In this document: one piece after another, positions 27,011 to 40,011 of the stretch
How the letters are laid out: each line of letters opens with the position of its first letter
Numbering within the stretch: position 1 is the first letter of the stretch
Position numbers and translations under genes: made by a program
Assembly (NCBI GenBank): GCA_951406725.2
Contig: OX597832.1
Coordinates: 40,610,001-40,674,000 of the forward strand
Length of the DNA stretch: 64,000 nt
Source: Octopus vulgaris
Taxonomy: Eukaryota
Reading direction: 5' to 3'
The notes under the pieces: model-generated
The model's input: only the letters and a program-made list of their open reading frames with translations
Told to the model about the DNA's origin: nothing
The model's database searches: none

Positions 27011-27146
27011 ACTCTTTTACTTGTTTCAGTCATTTGTCGAGCAAATCAACCCCAGGACTTATTCTTTGTAAGCCCAGTACTTATTCTATCGGTCACTTTT
27101 GCCGAACCGCTAAGTTACGGGGACAAACACAGACACACAAACATAT

Positions 27147-27181
<35 letters not shown>

Positions 27182-27350
27182 CATATATACAACGGGCTTC
27201 TTTCAGTTTCCGTCTACCAAATCCACTCACAAGGCTTTGGTCAGCCCGAGACTATAGCAGAAGACACTTGCCCAAGGTGCCACACAATGGGACTGAACCC
27301 GGAACCATGTGGTTGGTAAGCAAGCTACTTACCACACAGCCACTCCTATG
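27011..27350 (-). mobile_element. SINE family A, internally deleted
   Basis: Reverse complement of family A head and tail. Confidence 0.8.
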
Positions 27351-27987
27351 AGGCTGTGAGCAAAAAAAAAATGTTATTCTTTCTCCTGCACTTAACACAT
27401 ACATCAATATACACACACACACGTTTTATACATTTATACAGACATACAAATAGCTAATGAAGTTCATTGCATAATTTCATGTCCCCGTGTCATTTACTTA
27501 ATTTCATACATTACACACACGCATATATATATTTACATAAGCATAGAACAGTGAACATTAAATGATAGGGATGATGATACATGCACACACACACACACAT
27601 AATTATATACAGACACAAACATATATCATCATCATCATCATCAGTGTTCATATTCCATGCTGGCATGGGTTGGATGCTTTAACAGGATCCAGTAAATCCA
27701 AGGACTTCATCGTGCTTTAGTGTTTGCCTTGAAATGGTTTCTATGTCGCTGTGTGTGTGTGTGTATGTATATATATATATATATATTATAGGCGTAGGAG
27801 TGACTGTGTGGTAAGTAGCTTGCTTACGAACCACATGGTTCCAGGTCCAGTCCCACTGCGTGGCACCTTGGGCAAGTGTCTTCCACTATAGCCTCAGGCT
27901 GACCAAACCCTTGTGAGTGGATTTGGTAGACGGAAACTGAAAGAAGCCCGTCGTATATATGTATATATATATGTGTATGTATATATA

Positions 27988-28281
27988 TCACGTGACCGAC
28001 CAGACCATCAGATGTTTTACACATCGCTGGTCACAATGCGTTCGCATTGTTTTAGCCTTCAAATGACGCCACCCCGCTGGCTAAGCGAGCAGGCCAACAG
28101 AAGAAAGAGTGAGAGAAAGAGTGGTGAAAGAGTACAGCAGGGATCACCACCGCCTGCCGGAGCCTCGTGGAGCTTTTAGGTGTTTTCGCTCAATAAACAC
28201 TCACAACGCCCGGTCTGGGAATCAAAACCGCGATCCTACGACCGCGAGTCCGCTGCCCTAACGACTAGGCCATTGCGCCTC

Positions 28282-28282
<1 letters not shown>
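27988..28282 (-). mobile_element. tRNA-derived SINE family D nested in a family A SINE (27790-28470)
   Basis: Head GGAGGCGCAATGGCCTAGTCGTTAGGGCAGCGGACTC...GGTTTTGATTCCC, inserted in the microsatellite of a family A copy. A related head occurs at 43391. Confidence 0.75.
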
Positions 28283-28358
<76 letters not shown>

Positions 28359-28509
28359 ATATGTTCGTGTGTCTGTTTGTGCCCCCAACATCGCTTGACA
28401 ACCAATGCTGGTGTGTTTACTTCTCTGTAACTTGGCGGTTCGGCATAAGAGACCGATAGAATAAGTACCAAAATTACATAAAAATATCTTGAAGTACTAA
28501 AGAGTAAAT

Positions 28510-29275
28510 TTATTCAATAAAATCGCCATTGGCTTCAACCACAGCCGTCAAACGACTTTGGAACCTATTGCAACTCTTCTGGATGGTCTCCTTGTTTAAG
28601 TTGGCGAATGTTGCCATAATCCTTGCCTTCAGTTCATCTTTGGTGTTACAAGGAGTTTTGTTGGTCTCTCGCTCAACTATGCCCCACATATAATAATCAA
28701 GGGGGTTGCAGTCTAGGGAGTTAAGTGGGTAGATGTTAGGGGTGATGTGGTTGCAGAAATTGTCTGACAACCATGACTGGGTTCTCCTGCTTGTGTGGCA
28801 TGGTGCAGAGTCCTGTTGCCAGACATAGGGTCTTCCAGCAGCCACCCTCTTGACCCAGGGCAGCACAATCTCCTCCAGGCACTTGATGTTGGCTTTTGTG
28901 TTGCATCTGAGGTCGTGTGGGAAGATGAATGGAGGCATATATCACCATCACTAGCGATCACTCCAAACACCATGATGTTGACTGGATGTTTGATTTTTAT
29001 AATTCTCAGTACCTGTTTTGGGGACATGCACTGTCCTCAGATTGACACCCAAATGCTCTGAAATTTTCATATTGGAGCTTCTGGCATGAATGCCAAGCAG
29101 TACAGCATGTTGTTCCAAATTTCTGGCAGAGTGATTTGCATCATGGTGCTGTTTTTCTCACAGACGGTGCCCAACTGACCCTACTATACTGTGTAGTCAG
29201 CAAAATCAAAAAGAAGCAACGTGCATGTGCGAAAGTAAAACTATAAAATAGCAACAATTTAGCCAAAGCACCTTT
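28510..29275 (-). mobile_element. maT/DD37D transposon remnant, internally deleted
   Basis: MVFGVIASDG, PPFIFP, and WQQDSAPCH...DCNPLDYYMWG with 37 residues between the second and third Asp; ends ANGDFIE*. Confidence 0.85.
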
Positions 29276-29464
29276 TATACTAATACATCTGTTTGTTTTG
29301 TACACCACCTTCTTTGTCTTTTGTAAACTCTCCCCCTCTCTCTCTCTCTATATATATATACATACCCATGTATATACACACATATGTACATACACACACA
29401 TATATACATGCATACACATATATACATACACAGACACATATATATATACATACACATATATATA

Positions 29465-29853
29465 GGCGCAGGAGTGGCTGTGTGGTAAGTAGCTTGCTAA
29501 CCAACCACATAGTTCTGGGTTCAGTCCCACTGTGTGGCATCTTGGGCAAGTGTCTTCTGCTATAGCCCCGGGTCGACCAATGCCTTGTGAGTGGATTTGG
29601 TAGACGGAAACTGAAAGAAGCCTGTCGTATATACATATATGTGTGTGTGTGTTTGTGCGTCTGTGTTTGTCTCCCTAGCATTGCTTGACAACCGATGCTG
29701 GTGTGTTTACGTCCCCGTCACTTAGCGGTTCGGCAAAAGAGACCGATAGAATAAGTACTGGGCTTACAAAGAATAAGTCCCGGGGTCGATTTGCTCAACT
29801 AAAGGCGGTGCTCCAGCATGGCCGCAGTCAAATGACTGAAACAAGTAAAAGAG
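29465..29853 (+). mobile_element. SINE family A, full length
   Basis: Complete head, microsatellite and tail, closely matching the other family A copies. Confidence 0.88.
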
Positions 29854-30330
29854 TATACATACACATAAACACATATATACATACACACACACACACATAT
29901 ATATAAATACATGCATATACAAATATATGTACATATATATGTATGTATATACATATATATATATACACACACACATATCAACAAGCATACTTTTAATAAC
30001 TGAATCCGATAAAAAAAATTTTTCTTCACAAAAGTGCACCCACATACAATACAGAAATACAAGTTATTGGATATGTGTTGAGTGACTTTTTATGTTGAAT
30101 TTAATTCAGCCTATTTCACGTGTTAAACGTCACACTTCAGCTCACACGATTGGCATCCATTTGGTTGTACAGGAGCAGACATTTGTTAAAATGATGATAG
30201 AAAGAACAACTGATTTAGGTCAGTTGTAGTCTAGACTGGTTAGGTCAATAAGGGTGGGGCTATAACAGCAGAAGGTGATCAGCATGCCATTGTGAGAGGG
30301 AGTTAGCATTGATTTTCTTTTCTTTTCTTT

Positions 30331-30360
<30 letters not shown>

Positions 30361-30361
<1 letters not shown>

Positions 30362-30830
30362 CTCTTTTACTCTTTTATTTGTTTCAGTCATTTGACTGCG
30401 GCCATGCTGGAGCACCGCCTTTTAATTGAGCAACTCGACCCCGGGACTTATTCTTTTTGTAAGCCCAGTACTTCTTCTATCGGTCTCTTTTGCCAAACTG
30501 CTAAGTAACGGAGGCACATAAACACACCAGCATCGGTTGTCAAGCAATGCTAGGGCAGACAAACACACACTTTCATAGTGCTTGTTCAATTGAATTGAAC
30601 AAGCACTATATATATATATATATACATATATATCGATATTTATTTACTACCTTTATAATATATATATATACATATACGACAGGCTTCTTTCAGTTCCGTC
30701 TACCAAATCCACTCACAAGGCATTGGTTGGCCCGGGGCTATAGCAGAAGACACTTGCCCAAGATGCCACACAGTGGGACTGAACCCGGAACCATGTGGTT
30801 GGTTAGCAACCTACTTACCACACAGCCACA
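30361..30830 (-). mobile_element. SINE family A, inverted relative to the copy at 29465
   Basis: Reverse complement of family A. Confidence 0.85.
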
Positions 30831-31409
30831 TATATATATTTAAAATTGTTTGTATTAGGAGGCTGCCAAGTATATCCATCCAAAACTTCTATACACCATT
30901 TCCACCCCAGCCACCAACATATAATTATTAATTAGAGAACCTTGACATAGATGCTTGGCATGCTTAAAGTAGCAGTCAAATTTCCTTCAAGCCACACCCT
31001 ACTATGTTAAAAGTTGAAGGGCACGTTGGATAATTTGGTCTTGGATACAGTGTCTGAAAAATAAATGTGAATGGGCATGGTTGGAATGTCTGGATTTATA
31101 AGTCTACTTGATCAGAGCTGATCTGGATCTAAACAACAATATTATGAAGCTGTTGTTTAATAATTGTAGGAGATGCTATATGGTCAGTGGACCTGCTAGA
31201 AATAACAACCAAAATCCATCTCAAATCATATTCTACCATTTTAAAAACAAAAAATACATGGTGGAATATATTCTTAGATATTATGGGAGCCGACAATGGT
31301 TTGTAGGATTTGATAAGGGTTGATGTTCGTCTAATCAACATCAACAAACTAGTGAGGGATTTCTCAATTTGCTAGAAATATCAGCCAAATTTCCTCACAT
31401 TAGCATATT

Positions 31410-31622
31410 CATTTTTACTCTAGGCACAAGGCCTGAAATTTTGGGGGAGGGAGGCAGTCAATAAGATCAACCCCAGTACGCAACTGGTACTTAATTTATT
31501 GACCCTGAAAGGATGAAAGGCAAAGTCGACCATGGTGGAATTTGAACTCAGAACGTAAAGACAGATGAAATACTGCTAAGCATTTCGTCCGGTGTGCTAA
31601 CATTTCTGCCAGCTCACTGCCT
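31410..31622 (-). mobile_element. SINE family B
   Basis: Diagnostic core GGATGAAAGGCAAAGTCGAC on the + strand. Confidence 0.8.
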
Positions 31623-34600
31623 TTACCAACATATTAAATAAAAAAAGGCCAAATTGGAAAATTTATTCCTATATATACCTCTAAAAAAAAAACAGGAGTG
31701 TCGTGGCTGGAACACATTTGATCATAAGTTTTCTTGGTCTCGGATCATCTAAGGCTATTCAACAACATCCTAACATCCACTTTTCCATGCTTGCCTAAGT
31801 TGAAGGAAGTTTATCGAGGGAGATATTTTTATGGCCAGATGCCCTCCCTGTCACTAACCCTCACCTGTTTCCAAGCAAAGTAATATTTACACCTGGTCAT
31901 GCATGCTTTTGTAAAATATTGGAAATGAATGACATTGATTGTATGACAATGGAACTTAAGGATACACACACAGACATACTAAAACATACATATCTTTCAG
32001 TTTCCATCTAACAAACCCTCTCACAAGTAGAAGATACTTGCCCAAGGTACCATGCAGTGGAACTGAACTTGAAACCATGTAATTGGAAAGCAAACTTCTC
32101 AATCACATATTTTGATTCTTCGTTAACTAATTAATAAACCTGTGGAAGGGATAAACCCAGGTAGACATTGGATGAAGTGGTGAGAAAAGATCTTCAGACA
32201 CTGGGGCCTCACTGGGGAGATGACAAGGGAGCAGGACTTGTGTGGCGATTTGCTGTACTTGAAAAGACATGCCAAGCTAAGTAAAATCATGGCCATCCAT
32301 GCACGACGTGGAACGACCATGTCCCTACTCCCTCTCCCAGCTGAGAGATCTCTGTCTTGCAGGTGCTAGTGCCATGTAAAATGCACTTGTGTCAGGGTCA
32401 CATGAGATGCACTTGCACTGGTGCCACGTAAAATGCACTCATTCCGGTGCTATGTAGATGCACCCATGTTGGTGGCATGTAGAAAGCACTCGGCACACTC
32501 TGTGAAGTGGTAGGCATTAGGAAGGGCATCCAGCCATAGAAACGATGCCACAACAGATAATTGGAGCCTGGACAGCTCTCCAGGTGGCTAGCTCCTCCTG
32601 CCAAACTGTTCAACCTGTGGCAGTATTCAAAACAGACATTAAATGATGATGATGATGATAAAAGCAATTTCAGCTGAACTTAATGTGTTTGGCAAACAAA
32701 TGGACAGCAGGTAAGTACAAGACAACTCTTGTCTTGCTGAAAACATGATAACCTCTCTAGTGCTGGTGACACAATGATATACATGAAGAAACCCCTGCAA
32801 AGTGATTGGCATTAGGAAGTGCTCACAGCTAGAGACACCCTGTCAAAAATAGATGATACAAGTTAAATGTAGTCCTCTGATGAATCTCGTGAGATGTAGT
32901 CCTCCTTATCAAACTATAGTTATTTCTAATAGGTTGAGGGACAGCATAAAGTTCACACTGTATTTCATATATTAGGTCAAATGGGAGGCCTGATAGATAA
33001 CAAATGGGAGGCCTGATAGATAATATACTCTATGGCCATCACTTCCTGGTTGGTACAGTCAAGACTTTAAATTTAAGGTGGTAAAACTTCTAACAAGAAC
33101 TGATTTGGACTGTGATGACCCACTCAACTTATGGTGACATGGAAAGCAGATATAACCCTTTAGCATTTAAACTGGCCATGTCTGGCCCCAAATTTTCTGT
33201 TTTATCTTCAAATTGGCCAGATCATTTTAAAAAGTGTCATTTTAAAAATCAACAACCACATCATTGAAATCTCGAAGCTATGAGATAATGTATGATTAAT
33301 TCAAATCAATGTGAATGAATAAGCATTACATTCGACCAAGTAGTCTGAATGCTCTAAGGGATAAACAGAAGTAAGGCGATGCTGTCAACAATCCCGCTCG
33401 AATGCTGCCTCTTACATGCCACCGGTACGGAATATATATATATATATATATATATACTCTCTTATATATGTATATATTTATTCTTAAACAAAAATGTTGT
33501 TGACAGTAACTTTGACGTTTCAGTCAGCTAAGCCATCATTGAAATTTTTAAGTCACTGTCATTAACATTCTTGTTTAAGAATAAAAAAATTTGTACTCTG
33601 CAAAAGTATGGAGTAACTCATAAGATTAATGTAAAACTGGTTTTATTATAACTGAACATAAAAACAAACATTAATATGTGTGTGTGTGTTCCATGTTTAT
33701 ACTTACACTGGTATAAGAACCACTGTCGCTTATGTTGTGTCACTTTGTGCCCTGTAACTTAGCAGTTTGACAAATAGATCTTGATAAAAGAAGTCCAAGA
33801 ATGAAATAGTACTGAGGTTGACATGATGGACTCGAACCTCAGAATGGCCACAGTACTACGGCTAGCCATAGTACTGTGGTAAATCATGTGGTAAAGTTTG
33901 TACATAGCCTTCGTATGTAATGCTCACCTCTCTGTGAATTACATTTGCTTGGTGTTTCGTGATATCATTAACCTTAGGCACAAATTCTTCAGAAGTCTTC
34001 TTATCACTTGATCCATTTTACCGAGTAGTTTCATATTATATAGAAAACTTTGATTAAAAATTTTTCAAGCTACCCCTTACAACCTAAAAATTCAAGCTGT
34101 AGTTGATAAAATATTTGATTTCTAATAGTGAGTTGACTAAAATTCCCTTACTGTTTTTTTTTGTTGTGTCATAAAGTTTATAACGAAAACATTTTAGATT
34201 TTATCTTTTAGTCAAAGTAGTAAAGCTTTCTTCATAGCTTTGCCTAATGTTACTACATATGTTTGGTGTGTGTTTTGAACTTAATAAAGATCTTGAAAAC
34301 AATATTAACTCTGATTTTTTTTCTCTTTGCTTCTTTCACTTGTTTTTTTTTTTTTTTGTAGTTTCTGAAGACTTTTCTCATTGAATTTGATTTGAGGCAT
34401 TAAGTTTCATTTTTAGAGAAATCAGCTTTCTTGTCTTTTAGGTTTGACATTATTGTTCAATTTCAAAGATATTTAACAAAATACAAAAATAAAATCTAAC
34501 TCCGGTGCTTATTTAGCAGGAAAAAGGAAAAAGGAATACAAAAAAATGAAAATGGCAAAATAGTATTTCTAAATAATCTATATAAAGTAGAAAAAAGACA

Positions 34601-35571
34601 CCAATAGAAAATGCTGGGGTATTGCTATGAAGAATTTTAGTTGAATGAATCAACCCAAGTACTTATTCTTTTAATGCCTGGTACTTATTCTGTCACTTTT
34701 GCTGAACTACTAAGTTATGGGGATGTAAACACACCAACACCAGTTGTCAAGTGGTGGGCGAAGGAGAAACACAGACAAAGACACACACACACACACACAT
34801 ATATGATGGGTTTCTTTCAATTTCCATCTGCCAAATCCGCTCACAAGGCTTTACATAGCCATATCTGCACTTAGGAGAAGATGAAGATGTTGATATTTGG
34901 CTCCAGGGCATCCTTAATAGAGTGGACCTACGATTGAAAGTATTTAAGCCATGACCATCTTGTCATGGCTTAAATACTTTCGTGCAGAAGTAGTGTACAC
35001 AGACGAGGAAAATTCGACTGCTATTTCTAGAAATTTGAGCCACTATGTAGAGACTCATCAGTTGATGTTGTCTGATATAAGTGAACTGAATATATTTAAG
35101 TGTGCAAGTTAAATATGTTCAATGAAATAATTCCACTTATAAAGCATTTCCTTCCTACCTAGGTCCCTTCACTAGCCTATATTCCTTCCCCAGAACATTC
35201 TACACACCACATCGCAATGAGGTCCAGTCTTTATTGCAGTGTGGTGGCTTGAGTGCTTTGATGACCCCCAAGAGCTATGTTAGTGGAGCATAAGCTGTTG
35301 GTAGGGCTTCCCATGCTGGACGGGTCAAAGGATAGAGGTCAAACTAATGTGGACCGCATCTTCCCAAAGGTACAAAATAAGTTTGCAAGGGATCAACTCC
35401 CCAACCTAAAAAGACAATTCAAAACCAACAAGACCTGGGAGAGGAAGGCCTTCTCTTGGGGGAAACATATGATGCAGTGCAGTGCAGTTCAAATGAAAAA
35501 AAGCAGGGATCCAAGTGGAGAGAAGAATGAAAGATAGCTCAGAGTTAGGAACGGTAGAGAGGAGTTACTAT

Positions 35572-35950
35572 AAAATAATAATAATAATGAAATTATTGTA
35601 TACAGTGCTCAGGTGCACCACAACTTGTCAGAAAGTGCATATAAAGTATATGCAGTAATGTAGAAATGTCTGGAAAGCGAACAGTGTATGAGTCAGATAC
35701 ATGCTTGCGTGTGTATGGAGGGGAGAAAATCAGTGTTGGCGAATCTCAGGAAGCATGGAAGTTTTGAAGGATGCAGTGCTCCGACAACTAACAACTGATG
35801 CCGGCAGTTTGTTCCATGCTTCAGCAACTCTCAGCGTGAAAAAATGTTTCCTGAAGTCATGGGAGCTGTGCTGTTTTCTTACTTTGTAAATATGTCCACG
35901 GGTGTTAGATGGGTGGAGTTTGAAAAGGTGCTCAGAGTTATTGTTTGTTG
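35572..35950 (-). mobile_element. CR1-type LINE 3' end
   Basis: Nearly identical to 41373-41720, with a (TTA)n tail. Confidence 0.8.
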
Positions 35951-36791
35951 ATGGCCTATACTCTGTAGGGAGTGAAAGGCTGAAGTAAGAACAGTAATCC
36001 CTCGACTATTGCGGGTATTATGTTCCAAAACCCTCTGCAATAGGTTAAAATCCAAAGTAAAAACAGTACTGTACTTGATATATTTTTAAAATTATTTTTA
36101 TAATTTGTATATATTTATTTTATTACAAATGCAAAACAACACCACGGAGAAATCGACGTAAGCTTAAATAATAAACCGCAATAGGTGAACTGTGATATCT
36201 CCATGTTTTTCCAGTATCCATTGACTTGCTACGGTTCAGGAGGAACATTAACTGTATTGGTCTCACCAGTCTCGGAGGGTCTTTGAATACCATGGGCATT
36301 GCCTCTTCTAGATCAGTGATTCTCAACAAGGGACTTCTAAGGGGTCCATATAAGATTTTTTGGGTAGATGCATTTATGGCAAGAAACAGCTGAGTTTCTT
36401 TCTCTAATGTGTTATGTAGTTCAATATTCACAAGTCGATGCATGTAAAACAAAAATATGAATTTGGAAGGAAGTCTCTATAAAACTAGTTTTTAAACATT
36501 GAATGGCCATGGAGGGGTCCACCAGAAAAATATTGTAATAAAAGGGGTTCACAAATCATCATCATCATCGTTTAACGTCCATTGGGTTGGACGGTTTTCA
36601 ACCGGGGATCTGGGAAGCCAAGAGGCTGCACCAGGCACCAGTCTGATCTGGCAGTGTTTCTACAGCTGGATGCCCTTCCGAACGCCAACCGCTCCAAGAG
36701 TGTAGTGGGTGCTTTTTACGTGCCACCGGCACGCAAGCCAGTCTTTAAACTCAACACCCATGAGCTGATAGACTGAACTGCACATAAACAG

Positions 36792-37180
36792 CAGGAGTGG
36801 CTGTGTGGTAAGTAGCTTGCTAACCAACCACATGGTTCAGTCCCACTGCATGGCATCTTGGGCAAGTGTCATCAGATATAGCCCCGGGACGACCAATGCC
36901 TTGTGAGTGGATTTGGTAGACAGAAACTGAAAGAAGCCTGTCGTATATATGTATATATATATATGTATGTGTGTGTGTTTGTGTGTCTGTGTTTGTCCCC
37001 CACCAACATTACCTGACAACCGATGTTGGTGTGTTTACGTCCCTGTCACTTAGCGGTTCGGCAAAAGAGACCGATAGAATAAGTACTGGGCTTACAAAGA
37101 ATAAGTCCCGGGGTCGATTTGCTCGACTAAAGGCGGTGCTCCAGCATGGCCACAGTCACATGACTGAAACAAGTAAAAGA
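36792..37180 (+). mobile_element. SINE family A
   Basis: Family A head and tail. Confidence 0.85.
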
Positions 37181-37762
37181 AAAAAAAGAAAAAAGAAAAA
37201 CAGCATGCCTGAATGGTCAAGGAGCTTGCTTTGTAACCATGTGGTTTCATATTCAGTACTACTACATGACATCTTGGGAAAAGTGTCTTCTATGATAGCC
37301 CTGGGTAAACCAATGAATTGTGAGTGAATTTGGGAGATGGAAACTGTATAGAAGCCCAATAAATATGTGTGTGTGTGTGTATGTGTTTGTGTATGTGTGT
37401 GTGTATATGTGTGTGTGTATGTGTGTGTGTATATGTGTGTGTGTATGTGTGTGTGTATGTGTGTGTGTGTATGTGTGTGTGTATGTGTGTGTGTGTGTGT
37501 GTATATGTGTGTGTATATGTGTGTGTGTATATGTGTGTGTGTATGTGTATTCGTACCTCCTCACCATTTGACATCTAGTTTTGGTTTGCTTACATCACCA
37601 TAACTTAGCAGTTTGGTAAAAGAGACTGATAGAACAAGTAGCAAAATTTTAAAAAAATAAGTATTGGGGGTTGATCTGTTCAGCTAAAACATTTCAAGGT
37701 GGTACCCCAGTATGATCACAGTCCATTGACTGAAAGAAGTTAAAAAATAAAATAAAAGATAG

Positions 37763-37934
37763 ACACAGGAGTGGCTGTGTGGTAAGTAGCTTGCTAACCA
37801 ACCACATGGCTCCGGGTTCAGTCCCACTGCGTGGCATCTTGGACAAGTGTCTTCTGCTATAGCCCCGGGCCGACCAATGCCTTGTGAGTGGATTTGGTAG
37901 ACGGAAACTGAAAGAAGGCCGTCGTATATATGTG

Positions 37935-37965
<31 letters not shown>

Positions 37966-38175
37966 GTATATGTTTGTGTGTCTGTGTTTGTCCCCCTATC
38001 ATTGCTTGACAACCGATGCTGGTGTGTTTATGTCCCCGTCACTTAGCGGTTCGGCGAAAAGACTGATAGAATAAGTACTGGGCTTACAAAAGAATAAGTC
38101 CCGGGGTCGATTTGCTTGACTAAAGGCGGTGCTCCAGCATGGCCGCAGTCAAATGACTGAAACATGTAAAAGAGT
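37763..38175 (+). mobile_element. SINE family A ending about 30 nt from the donor of TAF6 exon 6
   Basis: Full-length copy. Confidence 0.85.
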
Positions 38176-38203
38176 ACACATACAGAATGAAAGGAATACT
38201 TAC

Positions 38204-38383
38204 ATATTTTTCTAGATACAAGTTTGGATTGTCAATCAATGACTTCACCATTCTCATCAGGTAAATCAGCAAAGCTAAGTTGTTCTGAACAACATTGATC
38301 TTGACACCTTCGGATATGAAAGTACTAAACCGAGGTAGCATTTGGTGTAATCCAGGGTCGGACACTAAACTCTGTAAGGCTTG
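38204..38383 (-). CDS. TAF6: TAF6 coding exon 6 (HEAT-repeat domain)
   Basis: [60 protein letters not shown]; cag/gtaag. Confidence 0.96.
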
Positions 38384-38914
38384 CTGCCAAAAAGAAAAAA
38401 AAAAGGTATCAACAAGAGAAAAACAATCACCAAAGTAAATAACATACAGTAAACCCTACAAATAGAATGTACCAGATGAAAGTCCATTGTGTGTGAGTGT
38501 ATATATATATATATCGAAATCGATCAAAAAATCAATGGAAATTGTAGTTGTGATACCAGTGCCAGTGGCACGTAAAAGAACCATCCGAATGTGGCCACTG
38601 CCAGCGCTGCCTCGACTGGCCTCCGTGCCGGTGGCACGTAAAAAGCACCAACCGATCGTAGCAGTTGCCAGCCCCTCTTGGCATGTAAAAAGCATCCACT
38701 ACACTCATGGAGTGGTTGGCATTAGGAAGGGCATCCAGCTGTAGAAACACTGCCAGATCAGACTGGAGCCTGGTGCAGTTTCCTGTTGGCATAGGTAGGA
38801 CAGTTTGGCTGGAGATGGTAACCAAAGAGCTGTACCAGGTTCCAGTTGTTTTGGCTTGGTTTCTATAACTGAATGTTCTTCCTAATGCCAACCACTTTAC
38901 AGAGTATAACAGAT

Positions 38915-39375
38915 GTCTCTCATGTGTCACAAGCATGGGTGCCTTTTGTGTCACTGGCATAAGTGCCTCTCATATGCCACCAGCACAGGTACCTCTCACG
39001 TGTCACCAGCACAGGTGCCTCTCACGTATCACTGGCACAAGTGCCTCTCACATATCACCAGCACAGGTGCCTCTCACGTGACACCAGCACAGGTGCCTCT
39101 CACGTGTCACTAGCAGAGGTGCCTCTCACGTGTCATCAGTACAGGTGCCTCTCACGTGTCACCAGCACAGGTGCCTCTCACGTGTCACTAGCACAGGTGC
39201 CTCTCACATGTCACCAGCACAGGTGCCTCTCACGGGTCACCAACACAGGTGCCTCACACGTGTCACCAGCATGGTTACCTCTCATGTGTCACTGGCACGG
39301 GTGCCTCTCACATATCACCGGCACAAGTGCCTTTCACATGTCACCAGCATGGGCGCCTTTCCCGTATCACTGCAT
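38915..39375. repeat. 26 bp minisatellite, about 17 units
   Basis: Unit CACCAGCACAGGTGCCTCTCACGTGT repeated head to tail without spacers. Confidence 0.9.
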
Positions 39376-39945
39376 CTACACAGCACTGGCACGAGTGCAT
39401 TTTACCAACAGATGTGCCATTTCCTACAAACACAATAGGATCGGAGGAGCACAAAGAAAACATGAGCTGTGCAAGTCCAGAGCCAGCTCCTTGCCTTCAT
39501 TCCTAGCAGGCCACCAGAGCCCAATCTGTGGCAGAACCTTCCAAGCACATATTGGCCTAATTGGCCACAGCCAAAGGCACAATGACTCGTCGTCTTCTCC
39601 CCTGTGGTGTTCAGGTTATTGCTGACAACAATGGATGAACATTATACTACACACACACACAACTTCTACTATAGCCTCGGGCCGACCATGTATATGTTTG
39701 AGTGTCTGTGTTTGTCCCCCCCCCCCACATCGCTTGACAACTGATGCTGGTGTGTTTACATCTGTGTAACTTAGCAGTTCGGCATAAGAGACTGATAGAA
39801 TAAGGTACTAGGCTTACAAAGAATAAGTCCTGGGGTTGATTTGTTCGACTAAAGGCGGTGCTCCAACATGGCCGCAGTCAAATGACTGAAACAAGTAAAA
39901 GAATAAAAGAATATAAAACAAATAAAAAAGAAAAGATCATCTAAC

Positions 39946-40011
39946 CTGACGTCGTGGTTCATCAGCTCCAACGCAAGCTTCTGTAATTTCTTTATAATAT
40001 AATTGTTGTTC
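39946..40011 (-). CDS. TAF6: TAF6 coding exon 5
   Basis: EQQLYYKEITEACVGADEPRRQ; cag/gttag, 66 nt. Confidence 0.95.

Noticed and set aside
28200-28282. tRNA gene
   Set aside because: A and B boxes are present, but the sequence continues into a SINE body with no proper acceptor stem or terminator. The same holds for the family A and B heads.
37262-37603. His/Thr- and Cys/Val-rich ORFs, also at 29275-30062, 51196-51559 and 59672-60396
   Set aside because: They are translations of (CA)n, (TG)n and (TATG)n microsatellites.
38915-39375. CRISPR-like array and the 220 aa repetitive ORF 38963-39625
   Set aside because: Units are head to tail with no unique spacers, there are no cas genes, and the context is a eukaryotic intron. 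The ORF is a by-product of the minisatellite.
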